Positions 57,086-64,000 of a DNA stretch of 64,000 bases are shown here, in pieces (within the stretch, counting starts at the first letter, position 1; each line of letters begins with the position of its first letter). The notes under the pieces are model-generated. The model saw only the letters and a list, made by a program, of their open reading frames with translations, ran no database searches and was not told where the DNA came from. Both the position numbers and the translations under genes were made by a program. The stretch comes from Chryseobacterium gleum (lineage in GTDB: Bacteria; Bacteroidota; Bacteroidia; UBA10329), in the NCBI GenBank assembly GCA_945903645.1, contig CAMDOM010000001.1:118491-182490 (forward strand), written 5' to 3'.

Positions 57086-57474
57086 GAAAGTTAATCTTTT
57101 TAATGATGCCAGTGCTATTCTTCTCCTGCGAAGGAGAGGATATTGTGGATAACTCAACCCCAGATTATCGCGATGAGTTTGTAGGTAACTATTCTGGATG
57201 GCGCCATAGTAGCAATTGGCAAATGGGCCAACCTACCGTTGTCACTTACGATGGTCCTGACACCTACACCGTTGTGGCCGTGGGCGACTCATTTATTTCA
57301 CTCAATGGAAGTGTTTCCATACCAATTAGTCCAAGTGGAGAATTCACAAATTTTTCTGGGGGTTCATCATTTTACAGTGTCATATTTGTGGCTCCAGATA
57401 GCCTCAAAGTGACCAACAATAGTGGTGGACTCGGTGGAGGAAGCACTACCAATTTTAGAGGAAAGAAGAACTGA
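57082..57474 (+). CDS. hypothetical lipoprotein
   Basis: Lipobox-like MRKLIFLMMPVLFFSCEG. Size is 130 aa. 4-bp overlap with the PAP2 gene. Confidence 0.4.
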   Translation: MRKLIFLMMPVLFFSCEGEDIVDNSTPDYRDEFVGNYSGWRHSSNWQMGQPTVVTYDGPDTYTVVAVGDSFISLNGSVSIPISPSGEFTNFSGGSSFYSVIFVAPDSLKVTNNSGGLGGGSTTNFRGKKN

Positions 57475-57477
57475 GCC

Positions 57478-58359
57478 TTACTTTCCTAGCAGTTCCATCA
57501 AATCGTCCAGTTTTGGAGAAAGAATAATCTCCGTTCTGCGATTTTTGGCTCTTCCTTCAGCAGTTTTGTTTGGAGCAATGGGGCTAAATTCACCTTTTCC
57601 AGAGGCTGTGATACGCTCAGGAGCAATGCCTTTTCCGTTGGTTAGAATTCGCACCACACTGGTAGAACGTGCTCCACTCAAATCCCAGTTGTCCCTAAAC
57701 CGCGTTGTAGCGATTGGAATACTATCGGTATGACCTTCTATCTGAATATTGATGTCGGCATTGCGCTGTAACACATCACCCAATTTGTTTAGTGCTTCAA
57801 TGCCTTTGGCCTCCACTGCATCGCTTCCCGAGCGAAACAAAAGTTTGTCAGACATAGAAACATATACTTTTCCATTGCGGGTTTCTACACTCAGTTCATC
57901 CGCATTAAACCCTAAAAGTGCTTTTTTAATGCGATCCGATAGGGCATTCATAAGCTCATCCTGTTTCTTCACAATATCTTCCAACACCTTAAGGCGTGCC
58001 TCTCTGTCTTTCAGTAATTGCTCTTTACTGGCCAGTTCCGATTCTTTGGTCATTAAATGATTACTCAGATTATCCACTTCTTCGCCCGAGTTTTTCATCA
58101 GAACATCATACCGTTTCTTTTGCTCCACCAAATCTTCATTCAGTCCTTTTTCGCGAATTAAACCAGCGCTCACTTCTTCCTCTAAACTTTTTGTTCGGGT
58201 ACACAACGAGTCGCGCTCGGCCAGCGAAGCCTTGTATTTTTTGCTTTGCAATCCTGCTTTTTGGTCGGTTTCTATTCCGCAAGGAATATGGGTGGCACAC
58301 GAAACCAATAGCACAGATGTGAATAGAGCAAGCAAAGCAAGTGGATGACGTAGAATCAT
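57478..58359 (-). CDS. OmpA-family lipoprotein (coiled-coil plus C-terminal OmpA-like peptidoglycan-binding domain)
   Basis: Lipobox LLVSC, a long coiled coil, and the C-terminal OmpA domain with NRRTEIIL and TD-x-x-G...N-x-x-LS-x-x-RA-like blocks. Confidence 0.8.
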   Translation of the reverse strand: MILRHPLALLALFTSVLLVSCATHIPCGIETDQKAGLQSKKYKASLAERDSLCTRTKSLEEEVSAGLIREKGLNEDLVEQKKRYDVLMKNSGEEVDNLSNHLMTKESELASKEQLLKDREARLKVLEDIVKKQDELMNALSDRIKKALLGFNADELSVETRNGKVYVSMSDKLLFRSGSDAVEAKGIEALNKLGDVLQRNADINIQIEGHTDSIPIATTRFRDNWDLSGARSTSVVRILTNGKGIAPERITASGKGEFSPIAPNKTAEGRAKNRRTEIILSPKLDDLMELLGK

Positions 58360-58440
58360 GTTTTTTAGTTTTTGTAATCGATGTGCGCAAAGCTAACCAA
58401 CCTTAGGGCGTTCCAGTCTTTATAGATAGCTTCGCCCATT

Positions 58441-59490
58441 GTGCCACTGCCCATGCGAACTGTTGCCATTACCGAATTTCTTCAACTCAATAAATCGATT
58501 CCAGCTGTAGACGTGCGTTCGCCAGGCGAGTTTTCGGCTGGACACATACCCTATGCCAACAGCATTCCCGTGTTTACAAATGATGAGCGCGCGGTGGTTG
58601 GAACCCTATACAAACAGCAAGGAAAGAAGGAGGCAATCGAGAAAGGACTGGAACTTGTTGGCCCCAAAATGTTGGCCCTAGCCAAGCAAGCCGAGCACAT
58701 TGCTAGTGATGGTGAATTATTAGTGCATTGCTGGCGAGGTGGCATGCGTAGCAATCGTATGGCGTGGCTTTTCGAGCAGCTTGGGTTGTCTTGCATTGTG
58801 CTCGAAGGAGGCTATAAAGCTTATCGAAATCACATACTGCATTCGTTAACAGCGCCTTTGAATCTCATAGTATTATCGGGCCCAACTGGCACTGGGAAAA
58901 CCGATGTGTTGCATGCCATGAAAAGTTTGGGTGAGCAAGTATTGGATTTAGAAGGATTGGCCAACCACAAAGGTTCTGCATTTGGAGGCCTTGGAATGCC
59001 AGCTCAGCCAAGCAGCGAACAGTTTCAAAACAACATATTTGCCACCACGCAAAGCCTCAATCCTCAAAAGCGGATTTGGGTAGAAAGTGAAAGCCTAACC
59101 ATCGGAAGAGCCTATTTGCCCGTAACGCTTTGGGACGCCATGAATACAGCACCATCTGTTGAACTTATCGTTCCCAAACAAATTCGCATACAGCATCTTG
59201 TTAACCAGTATGGAACTGTTGATATTCAATTACTGGCCGAATCCATTAAAAGAATACAGCAGAATTTTGGTGGAAATAGGGTGAAAGAGTCCCTCGAACT
59301 GCTTGAAGTGGGCAATCTTGCCAGTGTGGCCGATATGCTGTTGGACTATTACGATAAGCGCTATCAATTTGGAAGAACCAAGCACGCAAGGGCAAGTTTA
59401 GTTTCGCTAGAAAGCCCTAGTGGCGATGCTCTAGTTAATGCAAAAATGATTTTAAATCATATCAATAACCTAAATGGACCAACCCATTGA
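58441..59490 (+). CDS. mnmH: tRNA 2-selenouridine synthase
   Basis: N-terminal rhodanese domain with active-site Cys (LLVHCWRGGMRS), then the P-loop VLSGPTGTGKT. The start could be 58453 (MRTVAI...). Confidence 0.85.
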   Translation: MPLPMRTVAITEFLQLNKSIPAVDVRSPGEFSAGHIPYANSIPVFTNDERAVVGTLYKQQGKKEAIEKGLELVGPKMLALAKQAEHIASDGELLVHCWRGGMRSNRMAWLFEQLGLSCIVLEGGYKAYRNHILHSLTAPLNLIVLSGPTGTGKTDVLHAMKSLGEQVLDLEGLANHKGSAFGGLGMPAQPSSEQFQNNIFATTQSLNPQKRIWVESESLTIGRAYLPVTLWDAMNTAPSVELIVPKQIRIQHLVNQYGTVDIQLLAESIKRIQQNFGGNRVKESLELLEVGNLASVADMLLDYYDKRYQFGRTKHARASLVSLESPSGDALVNAKMILNHINNLNGPTH

Positions 59491-60517
59491 ACCCATCAAA
59501 TTAACTGCCTTCTCACACGGTTCAGGCTGTGGATGCAAAATAGCGCCTGCTGTGCTCAGTCGAATATTGGGCGAAAATGCTTCAACCCAATTGTTCCCCA
59601 ATCTGCTTATTGGTAATTCTACAAGAGATGATGCAGCTGTTATGGCTATTGATGACGAGCTCGTCATTATTAGCACCACTGATTTCTTTATGCCCATCGT
59701 GGACGACCCGTTCGATTTTGGCGGTATCGCGTCAGTCAATGCCATATCGGATATCTACGCTATGGGCGGAAAACCACTTATGGCAATTGCCATTCTAGGT
59801 TGGCCCATCGACAAATTGTCACCTGAAATTGCAGCTCAAGTTATGGATGGTGCGCGGGCGGCTTGCGATAGGGCAGGAATTCCACTCGCTGGTGGCCATA
59901 GTATCGATTCGCCCGAACCTATATTTGGTTTGGCAGTTACGGGTATTGCCAACAAAGTTTTTGTAAAAGCCAATAGCACTGCAACCTTGGGCTGCGAACT
60001 TTACCTCACAAAACCACTGGGTATTGGCATATTAGCAACTGCAGAAAAACGTGGAAAGTTGCGCGAGCAAGACCTCGGAAAAGGGGCGAAACTCATGCTC
60101 CAGCTAAACAACATTGGCGAACAACTTGGAAAGCTAGAATCGGTGAAAGCCATGACGGATGTTACTGGATTTGGATTTCTTGGTCACCTAATAGAAATGT
60201 GCGAAGGCGCAAATCTTAGCGCAGAAGTCGATTATTCTAAGGTGCCACTTATCGATGGAATAAAATTCTATTTGGATCAATTCATCTATCCGGATATGAC
60301 CATGCGCAACTTTCAATCCTACAGTTCTAAAGTTTCTACACTTACCGGGGAACAACTTTTCACGCTTTGCGATCCTCAAACAAGTGGAGGTTTGCTAATA
60401 GCAGTAGAGCCAACAGGAAAAAACCAGTTCATTCAGCTTTGCGCGCAGTTTGGATTGGAATGTACAGCCTTAGGTAGTATGGTTGAAAAAGGGGAAAAAT
60501 CGGTTCGTATGGTTTAA
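59474..60517 (+). CDS. selD: selenide, water dikinase (Cys-type)
   Basis: N-terminal ...SHGSGCGCKIAP, with Cys at the Sec/Cys position. AIR-synthase-related fold blocks (DDAAV, GGKPL). It overlaps the mnmH 3' end by 17 bp. Confidence 0.85.
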   Translation: MDQPIEPIKLTAFSHGSGCGCKIAPAVLSRILGENASTQLFPNLLIGNSTRDDAAVMAIDDELVIISTTDFFMPIVDDPFDFGGIASVNAISDIYAMGGKPLMAIAILGWPIDKLSPEIAAQVMDGARAACDRAGIPLAGGHSIDSPEPIFGLAVTGIANKVFVKANSTATLGCELYLTKPLGIGILATAEKRGKLREQDLGKGAKLMLQLNNIGEQLGKLESVKAMTDVTGFGFLGHLIEMCEGANLSAEVDYSKVPLIDGIKFYLDQFIYPDMTMRNFQSYSSKVSTLTGEQLFTLCDPQTSGGLLIAVEPTGKNQFIQLCAQFGLECTALGSMVEKGEKSVRMV

Positions 60518-60637
60518 TTATAATTCGCATTAATGGGGCAACTTTGGCATAATGGTATCGTCAAATGCAAGTCGATTGAAATTGCGTTATTGTTTCGATA
60601 ATTCGGTTTTAGCGAGAGTTATTCATTAAAGTAAAAA

Positions 60638-63600
60638 ATGCCTTCGAACTTCTTCGGTAAGCTATTGGGATTTTTGGCGCTTGTCATCATTTCCGCTTCT
60701 GCTTTGGCGCAGCAATGTGGAGTGATTTATATATCACCGAGCGGTGCGGCTAGTGGTGCGGCAGGCACTCGCGCTAATCCAGCTTCACTGACTTACGGAC
60801 TCAGTTTAGCATCAGGGACCAATACCATCATTTGGATGGCAAGTGGAACATATCCAATCAACACTTCCTTGCAGATACCATCTGGAGTTACCTTAGAAGG
60901 TGGTTTTAATCCAGCAACTTGGATAAAGAGTAATAGTGCGCCAAGTATTATCAGTCGGTCGCCAGCCAATGTGCTGCCAGCGCCAGCTAATGCTTTGGTG
61001 GGGTTGTTTGGTCTCAATGCTACTGGATTTCGCCTTCAAGATTTAACTATTGAAGTTGGAGATGCTACTGCTGCGGAGGTTTCTGTTTATGGCATTTATT
61101 TAACGGGTTGTTCAAGTTATGATATTGTCCGTTGTGTAATAACTACTGGCGCTGCTGGTGCTGGTTTGACTGGTCAACCGGGAGTGGCGGGAGCCCCAGG
61201 TGGCGCAGGTGGCAATGGGCAACCTGGAGCTTCTGAACCCAACTTACCACAAGGTGGAGTAGGAGGAATTAGTTCTTCAGGAAATAATGGAGGTCTGGGT
61301 CAAAATGGTGGACGCCATTCTGGTGGTACAAATCCTGGTCAAGGATTAGCTGGTCTTACTGCTAGTTGCGGAGGAGCTGGTGGTGCTACTGGTTCTGGAC
61401 CTACTAATTCGTTTTTCAATCAAACTCCAGGTTGTGGTAGTGTAACCTCTGGTCAGCCAGGGCAACTTGGTGGAAGTGGCTCTGCGGGAGCTGCAGGTGC
61501 TCTTGGAGGTGCTGGATCAATTGCTGGTGGATACTACACTGTTGGAGGAGCTGGTGGTGCTGGCTCAACGGGTGGTGCTGGTTGTGGCGGTGGCGGAGGT
61601 GGTGGCGGAGGTGGTCGACAATTAGGTGGTTCCGATGATTATGGAGCTGCTGGTGGTGGTGGTGGTGGCGGAGGTGCTGGTGGCGGTGGTGGAACTGGAG
61701 GAACTGGTGGTGGAGGTTCCTTCGCTGTATTTTTGGTAAGCAATGGCGCAGGAGGCTCAATTATCGATTGCGATTTGAATCCTGGCCCTGGTGGAGCTGG
61801 TGGAGCTGGTGGAGTAGGTGGAGCTGGAGGAGCTGGAGGTGCTAGCGGGTTGGGTGGTCCAGCAACAGCTTGTGGAAACAGCTTTGGCGGTGCAGGCGGT
61901 GCTGGTGGTGCAGGCGGTGCAGGCGGTGCTGGTGGCACTGGAGCTATTGGACCTAGCGCTGCTCTCACCGAGAATGGTGGTACTCCAATTTTTCAGCAAA
62001 ACATTACCTCAGTACCAGGCAATCCACCAGTTATTTATGTTGATAATTATGGTTGCACCGATGCTGATGTTATGTTTTCAGCCGCAGGAGGTGGAGCATG
62101 GAATTTCGGTTCGGGTGCTACGCCAGCCGCGGCAAATGGAAGTGGACCAATAGCCGTAAGCTATGCCACACTAGGACGAAAAACTGTTACATTGAATGGA
62201 ACGGTATTCACCGATTTTGTGGTCATTTTTACCAATGGACCTACAACGCCTTCTATCACACCTGACAATGGAACTGTGGATGCAGGATGCCCTAACGATT
62301 TTTCCACTTCGCTAGTTGGAACCAATTACGATTGGGATTTTGGTCCAACGGCAAATCCATCCACTGTGTCTGGAGTTAATTTGAGCGTAGTATCCGATAT
62401 ATTCTTTGGAGGCCCTGGTACATACACCATCTATGTCACAGTTACTACTCCATGTTGTGGGCCAGTAACCGATTCAACTACGGTAATAGTACAGCCCAAC
62501 AATTTTGATGTGAACCTTACGGTGAGTGCTGCTCAAATTTGCGATGGCGATGCATTTTCTGTCATGGCCGATGGAAATTATCTCAATTATGCATTTTTCT
62601 TAAACGGAGTTATTGCCCAAAACGGAGCTTCGAATGTTTATAGCTCTTCCTCACTTCAAAACGGTGATTTGATAAATGTGGAAGCCTTGGTGGGGACGTG
62701 TTTTGCCAATCCCAGTGATACTATCGAGATGATTGTGAATCCTATTCCCACTGTTGCATTGAGCTCTTCGGATGCGGATAATCAAGTATGCCATGGGGAG
62801 TTACTCACCATGACAGCTATTCCAGCGGGGTACGATAACTATGAATTTTTCAACGGAGCAAATTCCCTTCAAAGCGGGGCGAGCAATATTCTTTTTGGAA
62901 GCCTATTGCCGAATAATATCATTTCCGTTGTTGCCACTAGTTTGGGCTGTTCTAGCACTTCAAGCAATGCCATTGTTACGATTATTCATCCTATTCCATT
63001 ACCCGTGGTAACGAGTTCCGATAACAATAATTCCATTTGCGTTGGAGATAATATCACTTTCGTAGTGTTGCCACCAGGCCTAGCCGATTACGAATTTTTT
63101 GAAGGAATTGCATCAGTGCAATCGGGCGCGGGCAACACCTATTCTACTACTGCTTTGGTTGATGGTACTGTTGTAACCGTTATTGCTACTAGCGCACAAG
63201 GGTGCGTCAGTGATCCAAGCAACGCAGTAACCACAGCAGTTAATCCATATCCTAGTGTTACCATGAGCACCTCAGATGCGGATGACACGATTTGCGAAGG
63301 AGAGGAAATAACGTTTACAGCGGCACCTTCTGGCTACGATAGTTATGCCTTTTTTGATGGGGCAACTCCGGTTCAAACTGGTGCATTGGAAAATTGGATG
63401 ACTAGCGGGTTAGTTACGGGCAATAGTGTGACAGTAGTGCCTACTCATTTGGGATGCACTGGAACAGCAACTCCTGCTATTTCAATAACCATAATTCCAT
63501 CACCTGTAGTTGACCCAGGAATCGATTTCGCGCTTTGCGTAGATGCTGCGGATGTTACCCTAAGTGGGTTTACGCCAGCTACAGGCACTTGGAGTGGAAC

Positions 63601-64000
63601 TGGAATAACGAATGCGACAGGGGAGTTTTCGCCATCGGTTGCAGGTGCGGGCATACACACGCTTTCCTATGCAGTATCCAATGGCAACTGCACAACAGCT
63701 GAAACAATTGAAGCAACCGTGAATGCATTGCCACTTGTTGCAGCTAGCCCATCGCGCGCCATTTGCCTTGGCGAATCGTTAGATTTAAGTGCCGTTGGAG
63801 CCCAAACGTATGTTTGGTCACCTGCCTCTGGGCTTAGCAATCCCACAAACTCGAATTCAACAGCTACACCAACAGCCACAATTACATACACCGTTTCGGG
63901 CACCGATATAAATGGGTGCGTCAATATAGCTACAACCATCGTTACAGTTGAACCTGTTCCAACAGCTCAGTTTTCCTCCACCTCGGTATGTGTGGGTGAA
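60638..64000 (+). CDS. very large secreted adhesin-like protein (partial; continues past window end): beta-helix N-domain, Gly-rich tract, PKD-like and about 80-aa Cys-containing Ig-like repeats
   Basis: Signal peptide, and a parallel beta-helix-type N-terminus (YISPSGAASGAAGTRANPASLTYGLSLASGTNTIIWMASGTYPI). A roughly 270-aa Gly/Ala tract (GGAGGAGG...). A PKD-like YDWDFGP. At least 5 repeats of N-P-x-P-x-V...C-x-G-E...F-x-A-x-P-x-GYD-x-Y-x-FF-x-G. No stop before position 64000, so absent from the ORF track. Confidence 0.7.
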   Translation, partial: MPSNFFGKLLGFLALVIISASALAQQCGVIYISPSGAASGAAGTRANPASLTYGLSLASGTNTIIWMASGTYPINTSLQIPSGVTLEGGFNPATWIKSNSAPSIISRSPANVLPAPANALVGLFGLNATGFRLQDLTIEVGDATAAEVSVYGIYLTGCSSYDIVRCVITTGAAGAGLTGQPGVAGAPGGAGGNGQPGASEPNLPQGGVGGISSSGNNGGLGQNGGRHSGGTNPGQGLAGLTASCGGAGGATGSGPTNSFFNQTPGCGSVTSGQPGQLGGSGSAGAAGALGGAGSIAGGYYTVGGAGGAGSTGGAGCGGGGGGGGGGRQLGGSDDYGAAGGGGGGGGAGGGGGTGGTGGGGSFAVFLVSNGAGGSIIDCDLNPGPGGAGGAGGVGGAGGAGGASGLGGPATACGNSFGGAGGAGGAGGAGGAGGTGAIGPSAALTENGGTPIFQQNITSVPGNPPVIYVDNYGCTDADVMFSAAGGGAWNFGSGATPAAANGSGPIAVSYATLGRKTVTLNGTVFTDFVVIFTNGPTTPSITPDNGTVDAGCPNDFSTSLVGTNYDWDFGPTANPSTVSGVNLSVVSDIFFGGPGTYTIYVTVTTPCCGPVTDSTTVIVQPNNFDVNLTVSAAQICDGDAFSVMADGNYLNYAFFLNGVIAQNGASNVYSSSSLQNGDLINVEALVGTCFANPSDTIEMIVNPIPTVALSSSDADNQVCHGELLTMTAIPAGYDNYEFFNGANSLQSGASNILFGSLLPNNIISVVATSLGCSSTSSNAIVTIIHPIPLPVVTSSDNNNSICVGDNITFVVLPPGLADYEFFEGIASVQSGAGNTYSTTALVDGTVVTVIATSAQGCVSDPSNAVTTAVNPYPSVTMSTSDADDTICEGEEITFTAAPSGYDSYAFFDGATPVQTGALENWMTSGLVTGNSVTVVPTHLGCTGTATPAISITIIPSPVVDPGIDFALCVDAADVTLSGFTPATGTWSGTGITNATGEFSPSVAGAGIHTLSYAVSNGNCTTAETIEATVNALPLVAASPSRAICLGESLDLSAVGAQTYVWSPASGLSNPTNSNSTATPTATITYTVSGTDINGCVNIATTIVTVEPVPTAQFSSTSVCVGE
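61150..61960. repeat. degenerate trinucleotide (GGT/GGA/GCT/GGC) repeat tract encoding the Gly/Ala-rich segment
   Basis: Long runs such as ggtggtgctggtgg, ggtggcggaggtggtggcggaggtgg and gctggtggagctggtggagtaggtggagctggaggagctggagg. These produce the spurious antisense Pro/Ala-rich ORFs (61639..61968 and 61416..61760). Confidence 0.8.

Noticed and set aside
61416-61968. Two minus-strand ORFs encoding Pro/Ala-rich (PAPPAPPAPP...) and His/Gln-rich proteins
   Set aside because: They are antisense to the GGT/GCT-repeat Gly-Ala tract of the giant plus-strand adhesin. The composition is a direct mirror of the sense codons (GGT antisense gives ACC/CCA), and no independent gene signals are present.
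1-64000. Search for CRISPR arrays, rRNA and tRNA genes
   Set aside because: No regularly spaced direct repeats and no rRNA-like conserved stretches were found. No clover-leaf candidates with a GTTCGAATC-type T-loop were seen on visual scan. A tRNAscan run would be needed to exclude tRNAs formally.

Overview
The window reads as a Bacteroidota-type chromosomal segment of about 45-50% GC. This is supported by T9SS C-terminal sorting domains, SprB repeats, OmpA/TSP3 architectures and a Bacteroidetes-style -33/-7 promoter. It is mostly densely packed housekeeping and envelope genes. Clearly identifiable genes include partial aspartokinase, an ABC ATPase, PduO-type cobalamin adenosyltransferase, a GH13 alpha-glucosidase, photolyase, asnB, lpdA, nadC, split metH, selD with mnmH, PlsC, a deoxyhypusine-synthase-like gene, PAP2, OmpA, an NUC endonuclease and a radical SAM/SPASM gene.

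The stretches most worth a second look are these. (1) A roughly 10 kb co-directional tandem array at 16.1-26.0 kb. It holds five paralogous outer-membrane beta-barrel proteins with thrombospondin type-3 Ca-binding repeats. Instead of an OmpA peptidoglycan-binding domain, four of them end in a conserved EF-hand module (...LIDYFFEQ) and one ends in tandem SPOR-like domains. A stand-alone SPOR-domain protein sits inside the array, and asnB and lpdA lie directly upstream on the same strand. (2) metH is split into two ORFs exactly at the Hcy-domain/pterin-domain linker by a roughly 470 bp insertion. The insertion is flanked by a perfect 12-bp inverted repeat (tcagatgtcaga / tctgacatctga) and carries an Avd-like four-helix-bundle gene (23S-rRNA-IVS protein family) that itself has an in-frame TAG. 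(3) An AlkC/AlkD-type DNA alkylation repair gene is interrupted by an in-frame TGA at a conserved Trp. (4) A lipid-desaturation cluster has two front-end-type (Q-x-x-HH) desaturase paralogs, one followed co-directionally by a WYL-domain regulator, plus a sterol-desaturase-family hydroxylase and an SDR. (5) There is an IS3-family remnant: orfA plus a frameshifted, truncated orfB. (6) A low-GC two-gene island lies at 29.8-31.6 kb. (7) A periplasmic beta-propeller (Reg_prop/Y_Y_Y) sensor is fused to a SpoIIE/PP2C phosphatase. (8) Two large T9SS adhesins are present: an SprB-repeat protein, and a partial beta-helix protein with a glycine-rich tract encoded by near-perfect GGT/GCT repeat DNA.

No CRISPR array, rRNA gene or tRNA gene was recognised by eye. 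All calls rest on reading the sequence and recognising motifs, with no database searches.
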